Assembly (NCBI GenBank): GCA_963785725.1
Contig: CAWAWS010000014.1
Location: forward strand, 1-64,000
Length of the DNA: 64,000 nt
Source: an uncultured delta proteobacterium
Lineage (GTDB): Bacteria; Myxococcota_A; Polyangia; Palsa-1104
Direction of reading: 5' to 3'
In this document: one piece after another, positions 1 to 9,667 of the stretch
How the letters are laid out: each line of letters begins with the position of its first letter
How positions within the stretch are numbered: the stretch's first letter is position 1
Notes under the pieces: generated by a model
Told to the model about the DNA's origin: nothing
The model's database searches: none
The model's input: the letters and a program-made list of their open reading frames with translations, nothing else
Position numbers and translations under genes: made by a program

Positions 1-37
1 ATGTTATGTACCTGTACCTTCAACCCTACGTATTGCT
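1..37 (+). other. Oxford Nanopore ligation-adapter remnant (technical, not biological)
   Basis: ATGTTATGTACCTGTACCTTCAACCCTACGTATTGCT resembles the ONT adapter CCTGTACTTCGTTCAGTTACGTATTGCT (shared CCTGTAC and TACGTATTGCT); AT-rich, at the very start, and it cuts off the permease frame. Confidence 0.85.
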
Positions 38-579
38 GGTACTGTAGCGCGGGTGAACACGCGAGAAAAGCCCCGGCAACAGGCGGTCGCGCGACATCGC
101 GAACCAGATCCGCGCCTGCCCGTACTGGAAGACCAGCAGCGACGAGATCATGCCCATCAGCGCGCCCACGGTCACACCAGCCGCGAATGCCGGTTCGTAG
201 CCCAGAGCCTTCAGCGCGTCGGCCACCGGCGCGTCGGTATTCAGCGTCTCCCAGTTCGCGATGCCGGTCAGCACCAGCGCGACCGCGACGTAGAGAATCG
301 CGCAGACCACCAGCGTCATCATGATCCCGACGGCATATCGCGCTGCGGATTACGGCATTCCTCGGCCGCGGTCGAAACCGAATCGAATCCGATGTAGGTG
401 AAGAAGACGATCGCCGCGCCGGTCAGCATGCCCGAGAATCCGTTGGGCATGAAGGGATGCCAGTTGCCGGTGTTGACCGCGTGCGCCGCGCCGATGACAA
501 AAATCAGATGGCCGCGATTTTGATCAGCACCATCGACATTGTTGGTGGTCGCGCTCTCGCGCACGCCTCGCACCAGCAG
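38..579 (-). pseudogene. Internal fragment of an APC-family amino acid permease, frameshifted (probably an unpolished or chimeric read end)
   Basis: GAAIVFFTYIGFDSVSTAAEECRNPQRDMP and SSLLVFQYGQARIWFAMSRDRLLP motifs split over several frames; both termini missing. Confidence 0.8.
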
Positions 580-580
580 T

Positions 581-871
581 CGCTATTACCGCATCCACGA
601 CATGATCAGCCTGGCGCCGAGCAGCACGACGGCCGTGCCGCTGGAGGTGGTGGACTATACGAATTACGAAGGCACGCTGGGCACGCCGACGGTTCGCGCC
701 AATGCCAACGCCGTCGCGCCGGCCGTCGCCATCGCCAGCTACACGATTCCGACTGAGGAGGAGATGCATCTGTTCAGCCTCGATGCGACCGGCCACTTGA
801 CCGATCAAGTGAACGAGGCGAATACCGGTGAGATCGCGACTTGGGCGACGTTCTCGCTCGGCCAATACTGA
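581..871 (+). CDS. 3-prime part of a hypothetical protein (5-prime end lost at the junction near 580)
   Basis: Open frame with GC3-biased codons, RYYRIHDM...WATFSLGQY*; no plausible start. Confidence 0.5.
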   Translation, partial: RYYRIHDMISLAPSSTTAVPLEVVDYTNYEGTLGTPTVRANANAVAPAVAIASYTIPTEEEMHLFSLDATGHLTDQVNEANTGEIATWATFSLGQY

Positions 872-1013
872 ATCGCCCACTCGCGTCGCTGCAGCGCCGC
901 GGATGAGTCGCCGTCGGATAGCGACGTCCTCTTTGCGTGCCGGCGCTCGACGACGACTGCGTGGCTGCGCTATTGCCGAGCCCGAGCGCGAATGGTATTG
1001 GCGCGCGTCAGTC

Positions 1014-2240
1014 ATGCTTCGCTTGTCGCTGCTCGTTGCCTTGGCGTTGCTGCTGTTGCCGGCGAGGGCGCACGCCGCGCCGCGACGGTTCGCGCTGCTC
1101 GTCGGTGCCAACCGCGGCGAGCCTTACGAAATTGGCCTGCATTACGCCGAAAGCGAGACGCGTCGCATCGGGGAAGTGCTGCAGACGATGGGCGACTTCG
1201 ATCCCGCCGATGTCGTCACGCTCGCGCATCCGACCGCGACCGAGCTGCGCCACGCCTTCGACGTCGTGCGCGCGCGAACGGCGGACGTGTCCGGGGAGTC
1301 GCTCGTCGTCGTCTTCTATTCCGGCCACGCCGACGCCGAAGGGCTGCACTTGGGCGGCGAGCGTTTCCCGCTCGACGAGCTGCGCGACGCCGTCGCCGCC
1401 ATTCCCGCCAGCGCGCGCGTGCTCGTCGTCGACGCCTGTCGCTCGGGCACGATTACGCGCGTCAAAGGCGGCCATCCCGGCCCCGGCTTCGCGGTTCACC
1501 TCGATGCGCCCATCGGCGTGCGCGGCCTGGCCATCCTGACCTCGAGCGCCGCTGACGAAAATGCGCAAGAGTCGGACGAGGTCGGCAGCTCGCTGTTCAC
1601 GCACTTTCTGACCTCGGCGTTGATGGGCGCCGGCGACAAGAACGACGACGGCGCGGTCACGATCGAAGAGGCCTTCGCCTACGCCTCCGAGCGCACGGTC
1701 GTGGCTACGACGGCGACGCAGATGGGCCCGCAACATCCGACCTTCCGCTACGAGCTGGGCGGTCGCGGTGGTCTCGTGCTGACGCGACCGGGACGCTTGA
1801 CGGCCCAGCTCGGCCTCTTTCAGTTTCCCGAGCCGGGCTGGTATCTGGTGCGCCGCGAGAATGGTCCGATCGTGGCCGAGCTGCAGTCGATTCGCGGCGG
1901 CCAAAAGCTGGCGCTCGAAGCCGGCCATTATCGGCTGAGCAAGCGACTGCACGACTGCTACCTCGAAGGCGCGCTCGACATCACGGCGGGCGCGATGGCG
2001 AGTGTCTCGTCGGCGCATATGCGGCGCTACGATTATCCGCGCGGAATCGGCAAGGGCGGCTATCCCGCGCTCGACCTGGTGGCGACGAACGACGACGCCG
2101 CGAAGCGCACGCCGCTGCGCCATCGCTGGTGGGTGTGGACGGCGACGGCCGGTGTGGCCGCGGTCGTGGCTGGCGCCGTCGTCATCGGGATCGTGGAGTC
2201 GCGCCCGCACGAGACGACGGTGCAGGTCCATCAACCATGA
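1014..2240 (+). CDS. Caspase-like peptidase C14 protein with signal peptide and C-terminal TM anchor
   Basis: RRFALLVGAN strand, FYSGHAD (His) and VDACRSG (Cys) dyad; signal MLRLSLLVALALLLLPARAHA; C-terminal WWVWTATAGVAAVVAGAVVIGIV. Confidence 0.9.
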   Translation: MLRLSLLVALALLLLPARAHAAPRRFALLVGANRGEPYEIGLHYAESETRRIGEVLQTMGDFDPADVVTLAHPTATELRHAFDVVRARTADVSGESLVVVFYSGHADAEGLHLGGERFPLDELRDAVAAIPASARVLVVDACRSGTITRVKGGHPGPGFAVHLDAPIGVRGLAILTSSAADENAQESDEVGSSLFTHFLTSALMGAGDKNDDGAVTIEEAFAYASERTVVATTATQMGPQHPTFRYELGGRGGLVLTRPGRLTAQLGLFQFPEPGWYLVRRENGPIVAELQSIRGGQKLALEAGHYRLSKRLHDCYLEGALDITAGAMASVSSAHMRRYDYPRGIGKGGYPALDLVATNDDAAKRTPLRHRWWVWTATAGVAAVVAGAVVIGIVESRPHETTVQVHQP

Positions 2241-4972
2241 AGAGCGCGCTCTGCGTCATCGGCTTCGTCGTGGCCGGCTGCGGCCTGCAGCTCCAAGATC
2301 CCTGCGCCGGCGTCAAAGGCAGCTGCTTGGCGCTGCAAATCGAGCCTTCGACCGCCGTGCAAAAGGTCGATCAAGTCGTCGTCAGCGTCATCTCGGGCGC
2401 GGGCACGGCCGCTTCAACGGCGGATGATGGTCGCCGCTTGTCGCTCCCGCTCGGCGTCGCCGTCATCTTCGACGCGGCTCCGCCGGCAGGCACGTTGACG
2501 GCGGGCGTGGCCGCGATCTTCGACGGTCACGCCTTTGCGAGCACGCCGCAGTCGTTCACGCTGGCGAGCGGCGAGCATCGTACGCTGTACGTCACGCTGC
2601 ATGCGACGACCGATGGCAGCGGCGGTCTCGACGGCTCGGTTGCCGCCGATCTCGAATCGCCCGCGCCGCCCGACATGGCCGGGAGTGACCTTTTGTGCGC
2701 GCCGATCACCGTGTGTCCGACGACGGTCGGCTGCGGCACGATTTCCGATCAGTGCGGCGGCATTTTGCTCTGCGGCGGCGTTTGTCAGCTGAACGCGATC
2801 GCGCCCACCACCGCCAACACCGGCGCGATCGTGACGCTGGAAGGCACGTTCGGCGCCACGGCGACGGTCAATTTTCCCGGCGGCGTGCAGGTGCCGGCCT
2901 CGGTGCTCGGCGCCCATCGCGCGCAAGTCGTCGTGCCCGACGGCGCCACCGCGGGCGACCTCACGGTCACGACGGACACGAGCACGCTAGGTCCGTTGCC
3001 GTTTCACCACGCGCTCTACAAGCTCGGCCTCGGCCCGTTTGCTCTCAATCTGGACCAGGCGTCCGGTGGTAAGCTCAGTTACGGTTGGTTCATCGAGGGT
3101 GGAACTTCCGTGACCGTCGGCCAACGCGTCTATATTCTCGGCGGGCTTTCGGGCCGAAATTACTTTCTGCCGGCGATCTCGTCGACCATCAATGCGGATG
3201 GAAGTCTGGCCGGCCTCGTCCGCGATCCCGGCGTCACGATGACGACACCGCGCTACTCACACACGAGCGTTCGCATCGGCAACTTCGTCTATGTGATCGG
3301 CGGCGTCGACACCACCGGAGCACAGCTCGCCAGCGTGGAGAGCTCCACTGTTGCCGCCGACGATACTATTTCTGCCTTCGCGCCCGTGCCTGGCGTCACC
3401 CTGAAGAGGGGTCGCTCCCAGCAGATGAGCGTCGTCATCGGAGACTATCTTTACGAAATAGGCGGCTTCGGTGGTGGTCCGCTCGATGATATCGAACGAG
3501 CGGTCATCAACCCGGATGGGACGTTGTCTCCGTTCGCCGCCGTCGACGGAATCACACTAACGACACCACGCGGGGCCGCGTCGGCGGTCATTCGCGGCGA
3601 TCGTCTGTACGTCATTGGCGGCGTCGATGTCGAGCCATTGACCACCGTCGAAAGTGCTCCCATCGGGGCTGACGGCAGTCTGGGTGCCTTCACGGTCGTC
3701 GACAACGTCACTCTGACGACGGGGCGTTCAGCCCACGGCACCTTAGTCATCGGTGACTCGGTTTACGTCATCGGCGGGACGTACTCGACCGGAACGGAGC
3801 TAGCGAGCATCGGAACGGGTCTAGCGAGCGTCGAGCGTGCGTCCTTCACCGGAGATACGCTCGGCGGCTTCGCTGTTGTAGACGAGCTCGCGCTGGCCGA
3901 CCCTCTTGCGAACGCGCAATTCACGGTCGTCGGCGACCACTTGTTCGTGATCGGTGGTCTCTTCTCTTCCGGTTGGGACAGCTCGGTCGAGAATGCCTCT
4001 TTGGACGACAGCGGGGACCTGTCCAACTTCAACATCGTCGATGGAGTTACGCTGACGACGCCGCGTTGCGGGCACTCGAGCTTCGTTGTGGGTAACCACC
4101 TCTATGTCATCGGCGGTTCGCCCTCGGTAGGCGGCACGCCGCGAGGCGACGTCGAGGACGCCACGATTTTACCCGATGGCTCGCTCACGACCTTCGCTCC
4201 AGTTCCGGGCGTCACGCTGGTTACGCCCCGTGCGTTGCATACGACCTTCTCGGGCGCCGGCGTTGTTTACGTCGCAGGCGGCGAGAGCAGCGGGAGCCAG
4301 CTGACCAGCGTCGAATCGGCCACTCTCAATGACGACGGCACTTTTGCGTCCAGCTTTGCGATCGTCGATGGAGTATCGCTCACGGCACCGACTTCGGGTG
4401 CAGCCGGTATTAACGTCGGTGGGGCGGATTTAGTCATCGGTAGTGCATTAGGGCTGAGCGGTTCCGTCGTCTCAAATGTCGTCCAGCAAGGGGGATTTTC
4501 TAGCGATGGCGCCTCGACCTTCAGCAATCTCGCCTCGACCTTGGTGCAAGCTCGCGGCAATTTCGCGACGGCGGTCCTTGGCGATCAGCTTTACGTGATC
4601 GGCGGTCTCGCGAACGGCTATTTGAGCTCTGTCGAAGTCGCGACGGTGAATCCGATCATTTCGGCGTTCACGACTGCGCCGGTCTCGCTGACGGCGTCGC
4701 GCAGTCAACACACCGGTTTCGTGCTCGGTCGTTCGCTTTATGTCGCGGGCGGACGCAATGGGACTCTCAACGGCTCGCTACCTAGTCTCGAGAAGTCAGC
4801 CATAGATCCTACCGGCACCTTGGGCGCGTTCGCGGCAGTCCCCAGCGCGTTCAACACTGCGCGCCTGCAGCACACATCGAACGTCATCGGCGACTACGTC
4901 TACGTCGTCGGCGGCGCGCCAGGGTACGGCGCCTCGGCGCTAGGGACGGTCGAGCGCGCTGCACGTAAGTAG
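2237..4972 (+). CDS. Lipoprotein with Cys-rich segment, IPT/TIG-like domain and many Kelch-like repeats
   Basis: Lipobox VVAGC; about 11-12 repeats of TPRxxHxSxxxGxxLYVIGG...SVExA; ATGA overlap with the caspase stop. Confidence 0.85.
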   Translation: MKSALCVIGFVVAGCGLQLQDPCAGVKGSCLALQIEPSTAVQKVDQVVVSVISGAGTAASTADDGRRLSLPLGVAVIFDAAPPAGTLTAGVAAIFDGHAFASTPQSFTLASGEHRTLYVTLHATTDGSGGLDGSVAADLESPAPPDMAGSDLLCAPITVCPTTVGCGTISDQCGGILLCGGVCQLNAIAPTTANTGAIVTLEGTFGATATVNFPGGVQVPASVLGAHRAQVVVPDGATAGDLTVTTDTSTLGPLPFHHALYKLGLGPFALNLDQASGGKLSYGWFIEGGTSVTVGQRVYILGGLSGRNYFLPAISSTINADGSLAGLVRDPGVTMTTPRYSHTSVRIGNFVYVIGGVDTTGAQLASVESSTVAADDTISAFAPVPGVTLKRGRSQQMSVVIGDYLYEIGGFGGGPLDDIERAVINPDGTLSPFAAVDGITLTTPRGAASAVIRGDRLYVIGGVDVEPLTTVESAPIGADGSLGAFTVVDNVTLTTGRSAHGTLVIGDSVYVIGGTYSTGTELASIGTGLASVERASFTGDTLGGFAVVDELALADPLANAQFTVVGDHLFVIGGLFSSGWDSSVENASLDDSGDLSNFNIVDGVTLTTPRCGHSSFVVGNHLYVIGGSPSVGGTPRGDVEDATILPDGSLTTFAPVPGVTLVTPRALHTTFSGAGVVYVAGGESSGSQLTSVESATLNDDGTFASSFAIVDGVSLTAPTSGAAGINVGGADLVIGSALGLSGSVVSNVVQQGGFSSDGASTFSNLASTLVQARGNFATAVLGDQLYVIGGLANGYLSSVEVATVNPIISAFTTAPVSLTASRSQHTGFVLGRSLYVAGGRNGTLNGSLPSLEKSAIDPTGTLGAFAAVPSAFNTARLQHTSNVIGDYVYVVGGAPGYGASALGTVERAARK

Positions 4973-4978
4973 CTGTCT

Positions 4979-5025
4979 CGATCGTCAACTCGGTTTTTTA
5001 ATATGGTAAACCCGGTTGACGATCG
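4979..5025. terminator. Inverted repeat between convergent genes, possible bidirectional terminator
   Basis: CGATCGTCAAC ... GTTGACGATCG arms around an AT-rich centre. Confidence 0.5.
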
Positions 5026-5026
5026 G

Positions 5027-5752
5027 CTACTGCACGTCGAACACGAAGCGGCTGACGAAGCACACGGGAATCGGCTGCGTCCGATAACGCCACTGCCGCA
5101 GCGCCGCCACGATCGCCTCGTCGGCGCCGGGAATTCCCGACAGCACGTCGACACGCGACACGCTGCCCGCCTGGTCGACGCAGATGCGCGCCGCGAACGC
5201 GTTGTCGCCGAGCCCACGCCGCGCGAGCTTCACGAACTCCGGCAGGTGCGGATCGGCGCCCGCGATCTTCTGCGCGTCCAGCTGATGCGGCGCCACGTTG
5301 CGCGCCCGCGGCGGCCCGACGCCGACGCCGGGACCGCCCGGCTCGTCGCCGCCGCCGGGGCCGCCGCTTCCGTCACGCCCACCCGGATCGCCGCCGCCGC
5401 CCGGCCCGACGTCGGGCGGACCCGAGTTGTCGCTGGGCGCGACTTCCGGCGTCGGCGTCGGCTGCACCATCGGCGACGTCGGCTGCACCAGCGGCCGCGC
5501 GCTCGCCGCCGCCGCTGTCCGCTTCGCCTGCTGCTGCTGCCGTCGCTGCGGCGGCACCTTCGTCGCCTGCGCCGGCGGCTCGTGCGCGGACACGAACACG
5601 ATCGCCAACGCCGGCGGCGAAATCTCGGTCACATGAAGCAGCCCCGCCACCAGCAGCCCGATCCCCAACACGCCATGCGCGCCCAGCGACGCCATCAACA
5701 CCGCGCGCCGCTTCCAGCTCGGCTTCGAACCCGACACGTAACGATCGAACAT
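5027..5752 (-). CDS. TonB-like energy transducer
   Basis: N-terminal TM with SLGAHG, Pro/Gly-rich linker, TonB_C-like ICVDQAGSVSRVDV...AALRQWRY. Confidence 0.75.
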   Translation of the reverse strand: MFDRYVSGSKPSWKRRAVLMASLGAHGVLGIGLLVAGLLHVTEISPPALAIVFVSAHEPPAQATKVPPQRRQQQQAKRTAAAASARPLVQPTSPMVQPTPTPEVAPSDNSGPPDVGPGGGGDPGGRDGSGGPGGGDEPGGPGVGVGPPRARNVAPHQLDAQKIAGADPHLPEFVKLARRGLGDNAFAARICVDQAGSVSRVDVLSGIPGADEAIVAALRQWRYRTQPIPVCFVSRFVFDVQ

Positions 5753-5837
5753 GGATGGCCCTCCCGTCGAGAAAACTGCCTTGACGGTCGGACACCCAAG
5801 CGCGCGCGATCCGGCAACGCGCGAGGTTTCGTCTTCG

Positions 5838-6095
5838 TTACTTGATGCCGAGCTCGGTCTTCAGCTTGTTGAGCAGCGCGTAGACCAAGTTGGTCCCGAG
5901 CGCGCGCGAGTATTCGTTGACGATCTTGTTCCAGGCGTCCTTGACCGCTTCCGGCGACTTGATGACCGGATCGACGCGCCCCGACGGGCTCACGTCGGCG
6001 CCTTTGCCCAACACCTTGGCCGCCAGCGTCGCCGCCGGCGGACCCACCTTGGCCGCGAACGTGCCGACCAACCGCTCCACGAACTTGTGTTCCAC
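5838..6095 (-). CDS. Small soluble hypothetical protein (85 aa)
   Basis: GTG start 2 nt after the upstream stop; good codon bias; helical composition. Confidence 0.7.
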   Translation of the reverse strand: MEHKFVERLVGTFAAKVGPPAATLAAKVLGKGADVSPSGRVDPVIKSPEAVKDAWNKIVNEYSRALGTNLVYALLNKLKTELGIK

Positions 6096-6097
6096 GG

Positions 6098-6427
6098 CTA
6101 GACCGTGAACGTTCGATACATCTTGTAGAAGCCCCAGGTGATGAAGCCCCAGCAGATCAGGACGGCGATGCTGTGCGGCAGCCACATGACGTGCTTGTAG
6201 TCGACGTTCATCTTGGCGTAGGTGCCGCTGACCTTGAGCACGTCGTCGACGCGCGTAAAAGCGAACAGGATGACGCCGACCATCACCCACTTGAAGGCAG
6301 CGCCCATTTCGCCGCCCACGGTTCGCGAAAATTTCCAGGCAAACCAAGAAGCTGTAAGCGATGTCACCATAGCCGCGACGACGGCGACGGTGGCCGGAAT
6401 ATCGACCACCACTTCCACCGGATGCAT
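6098..6427 (-). CDS. Small integral membrane protein (about 3 TM, 109 aa)
   Basis: Strong RBS (AGGGGGTG) upstream; three hydrophobic segments. Confidence 0.75.
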   Translation of the reverse strand: MHPVEVVVDIPATVAVVAAMVTSLTASWFAWKFSRTVGGEMGAAFKWVMVGVILFAFTRVDDVLKVSGTYAKMNVDYKHVMWLPHSIAVLICWGFITWGFYKMYRTFTV

Positions 6428-6489
6428 GTTTTCACCCCCTTAGTTCGATCCTAGCCCGATTGGCTGTAAAATAGGAAGAGGCCGGCGCC

Positions 6490-7608
6490 GTGATGAAGAT
6501 CATCCCTTATGCCCTCACCGATGTCGGGCGAAAACGCGATCACAACGAGGACTCGTACCTCGTGCGCGACGACGTCGGTTTATTCGCTGTCGCGGACGGA
6601 ATGGGCGGCCATCAAGCGGGCGAGCGCGCGTCGCGGATGGCGCTCGATACGCTTGCCGGCGAGCTCAAGCCACCCGAAGAAGTGACCGATCGCAAGGACG
6701 TGCTCGCCTGCTTGCGGCAGGCGACGCAGTCGGCGGGCGCGGCCATCTTCGACGCGGCCCAGGCCGACCCGTCGCTGCAAGGGATGGGCACGACGCTGAC
6801 GTCGCTGTGGTTCCACGGCGGCCGCGCCTACTTGGCGCACGTCGGCGATTCACGCGCCTATCTCTTTCGCGACGGGCGCATGCAGCAGCTCAGCGACGAT
6901 CATTCGTGGGTCTCCGAGCAAGTGCGCGCCGGCATGATGACCGAGGACGAAGCGCGCGAGTCGAAGTTCCGTCACATCATCACGCGCTCGGTCGGCTTCG
7001 AGCGCGAGGTCCTCGTCGACGGCGCCGCGATTCCCGTGCAGGCCGGCGACTGCTATCTCATCTGCTCCGACGGGCTCAGCAACTACGTCGAGACCGATGA
7101 GTTGGCGCGCATTCTGACGTCGCGTTTCTATCGGGATGTCCCGCGTCTGTTGGTCGAGCTGGCCAACGATCGCGGCGGCGACGACAACATCACCGTCGTC
7201 TTGATCCACGTCGCCAACGATGCCGGCAAGAGCGGCGGCGCGACGGGCAAGCTGGACGCGATCAGCGCCGGCAGCGACGGTAAGCGCGCGATCAAGGCGC
7301 TCGGCAGCGACGGCGCGGCGCAGGCGTCGAACAAGGCCGACGGCGACGGCAAAGCCGACCCGAAGCCGCACGCGGACGCCAAGGCGGACCACAAGCCGCA
7401 CGCCGAACACAAAGCCGAGGGCAAGGCGCCGCGCGAAAAAGCCGAGGGCAAAGCGCACGCCGAGGGCAAAGCGCACGCCGAGGGCAAAGCGCACGCCGAG
7501 GGCAAAGCGCACGCCGAGGGCAAAGCGCACGCCGACGGCAAGCCGGGCAAGCCGCACGGCGAGGGCAAGCCGCCCAAGAGCCGCGGCAAAAAAGGCGGCG
7601 GCCGGTGA
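6490..7608 (+). CDS. PP2C/Stp1-type Ser/Thr phosphatase with low-complexity C-terminal tail
   Basis: [39 protein letters not shown] motifs; start 6490 (GTG) or 6493 (ATG). Confidence 0.95.
   Translation: MMKIIPYALTDVGRKRDHNEDSYLVRDDVGLFAVADGMGGHQAGERASRMALDTLAGELKPPEEVTDRKDVLACLRQATQSAGAAIFDAAQADPSLQGMGTTLTSLWFHGGRAYLAHVGDSRAYLFRDGRMQQLSDDHSWVSEQVRAGMMTEDEARESKFRHIITRSVGFEREVLVDGAAIPVQAGDCYLICSDGLSNYVETDELARILTSRFYRDVPRLLVELANDRGGDDNITVVLIHVANDAGKSGGATGKLDAISAGSDGKRAIKALGSDGAAQASNKADGDGKADPKPHADAKADHKPHAEHKAEGKAPREKAEGKAHAEGKAHAEGKAHAEGKAHAEGKAHADGKPGKPHGEGKPPKSRGKKGGGR
7441..7530 (+). repeat. Perfect 18-bp coding tandem repeat x5 (AEGKAH)
   Basis: GCCGAGGGCAAAGCGCAC repeated five times, with degenerate flanking units. 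Confidence 0.95.
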
Positions 7609-8117
7609 AGGAGCGCTGGCCCGGCCCGCCGGCGATCGTGCGCATTCGTCGCGGCGGCACCGGCGACGGCGCCTTCGTCCGCGCGGTGGCCGAGCAGGTG
7701 TTCGCCGAGCTCGGCGATTACGGGCGCATCTTACCGACGTGGCTGCTGCATGACGGCGTGTTGACGCACATCGCCGAGGAGGGCGGCGTCGCCGTCGGCT
7801 ACACGATGCTCGGCTTTTACTCGGCCGCGGCGCCGCGGCAGCACGAATACGTCGCCGACCTGCTCGCCATCGCCGTCGCGCCGGCGGCGCAAGGGCGCGG
7901 CGTCGGCAAGCAGCTGCTCGATCATGCCGTCGGCCAGGCGGCGCTGGCGCGACGACGGCTGCCGGTGACCGAGCTGCGCCTGTCCGTCGCCGAGCCGAAC
8001 GCGCGGGCGCGCGCGCTGTTCCACCAGTTCGGCTTCACGTTCGTCGAAGGCGAGCACGGTCGCTACGACGGCGGTCAGCGCGCGCTGCACATGACGCGAC
8101 TGGTGGAGGAGACCTGA
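7605..8117 (+). CDS. GNAT-family N-acetyltransferase
   Basis: [17 protein letters not shown] acetyl-CoA motif, [17 protein letters not shown] overlap. Confidence 0.9.
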   Translation: MKERWPGPPAIVRIRRGGTGDGAFVRAVAEQVFAELGDYGRILPTWLLHDGVLTHIAEEGGVAVGYTMLGFYSAAAPRQHEYVADLLAIAVAPAAQGRGVGKQLLDHAVGQAALARRRLPVTELRLSVAEPNARARALFHQFGFTFVEGEHGRYDGGQRALHMTRLVEET

Positions 8118-9535
8118 TGCGTGCGCAATGGGCCGCTGCGCTCGTCGTCGGGTTGGCCGCGGCGCCGGCGTGGGCCGCCGACATCACCGTCGCCAACGGC
8201 AGCGACCTCGAAGCGGCCGTCGCCAACGCGCAGGCGGGCGACACCATCACGCTGCTCGACGGCACCTACATCCTCGACAAGGCCATCGTCACCGCCGCGG
8301 CCGGCACCGTCGGCGCGCCCATTCGGCTGACGTCGGCGCTGCGGGCGCACGGCGCGCAAGTCATCGCCGCGCCCGGCGCCGAAGAGGCCATCCTCGTACA
8401 GACGCCGTATTGGATCTTCGACGGCATCGACTTCAGCGGCGGCACTTACGGCTTACGCTTCATCACGGCCGGCCAAAACGCGGTCGTCTCCAACGCGCTC
8501 TTCAGCGATCAAGCGGTCGCCGGCATCCGCGCCGACTGCGGCGGGCCCGACACGAACGCGCACTGCGACGGCGGCAGCCTGCAGTCGATCGAGGTGACGC
8601 GCGCCGCCACCGTCGCCGGCTGCACGTACGCCGGCATCGAGATCGTCGGTGCGCAAGGCTGGGCCGTGCGCGGCGCGTCGGTGCACAATGTCGCCGTCGA
8701 CGCGCTCGGCTGCGCCGGCGTCAACACCGTCTACGGCATCGCCGTGCGCGGCAACTCGTCCAACGTCCTCGTCGACAGCGTCGCCGTCGCCGACGCCGCC
8801 ATCGGCTTGGCGCTCGGCCCGCCGTCGCAAGCGTGCGAAGTGCGCGGCGCCGTGTCCAACGGCACGACCTGCACCATCAGCACGTCGTGCGAGGTCTCGT
8901 CGTCGCTGGTGTCGAACGCGGTCGTCTGGGACACGACGTTCGAAGGCGCGCTCCTCGCCAACGCCTGCGCCGTCAACTTGCACAATGCGACGCTGTGGAA
9001 CAACGGCAGCGGCGGCGGCCGTTCCGTCGAGACCAGCGGCATGGGCTCGCCCGACATCTCGAACGTCATCCTCAACGTCATGCCCACGCTCGCCGCCGGC
9101 GTCACCAGCACCGGCAGCGGCAACTTGACCCTGCCCGCGAACGCCGACACGACCTGGTTCATCGACACCGCCACCGCCAACTTCCGCTTGCTCGCGACGG
9201 CGCCCGCCATCGACACCGGCGTCACGCTGGCCGACGTTCCCACCGATTTCGACGGTATCACGCGGCCGCAAGGCGCCCACTACGACGTCGGCGCTTTCGA
9301 ACGCCCCACGGACGGCTATCCCGACGGAGGTCTCCCAGTGCTCGACGGCGGCATCGATGGTGGCAGCAGCAGCAGCGGCCCGACAGGCAGCACCGGCACC
9401 GGCCTCGGCGGCACGCCCGAGCCGCAGAAGTCGAGCGGCTGCGACGTCGGCTTCGGCGGCGGCGGCGAAGCGGGCGCGCTCGGCCTGCTCCTCGCGCTCT
9501 TCGTCGCGCTGGTCGTTCGCAAGCTCGCTCGCTAA
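8117..9535 (+). CDS. Secreted right-handed beta-helix protein with MYXO-CTERM-like sorting signal
   Basis: Signal peptide; AGDTITLLDGTY; FRLLATAPAIDTG...DFDG..R.....DVGAFE; C-terminal SSGC + hydrophobic stretch + RK. Confidence 0.8.
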   Translation: MRAQWAAALVVGLAAAPAWAADITVANGSDLEAAVANAQAGDTITLLDGTYILDKAIVTAAAGTVGAPIRLTSALRAHGAQVIAAPGAEEAILVQTPYWIFDGIDFSGGTYGLRFITAGQNAVVSNALFSDQAVAGIRADCGGPDTNAHCDGGSLQSIEVTRAATVAGCTYAGIEIVGAQGWAVRGASVHNVAVDALGCAGVNTVYGIAVRGNSSNVLVDSVAVADAAIGLALGPPSQACEVRGAVSNGTTCTISTSCEVSSSLVSNAVVWDTTFEGALLANACAVNLHNATLWNNGSGGGRSVETSGMGSPDISNVILNVMPTLAAGVTSTGSGNLTLPANADTTWFIDTATANFRLLATAPAIDTGVTLADVPTDFDGITRPQGAHYDVGAFERPTDGYPDGGLPVLDGGIDGGSSSSGPTGSTGTGLGGTPEPQKSSGCDVGFGGGGEAGALGLLLALFVALVVRKLAR

Positions 9536-9667
9536 TCGGCGAAGCTGATTTAGCATCGAGCGACGGGGCGCAAGCGCCGCTCAATCGGCAAGCCAGTCGA
9601 GCCTCCGCGCGGCCGGACTTCCGGCCGACGCGCGCGTTGCGCGCTCGATCCAATCGCGATCGGCCAT

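Noticed and set aside
7441..7530. Tandem repeats here and at 33731-33839 as a CRISPR array
   Set aside because: Units are contiguous with no spacers, are multiples of 3 and lie in frame in proteins; no cas genes seen
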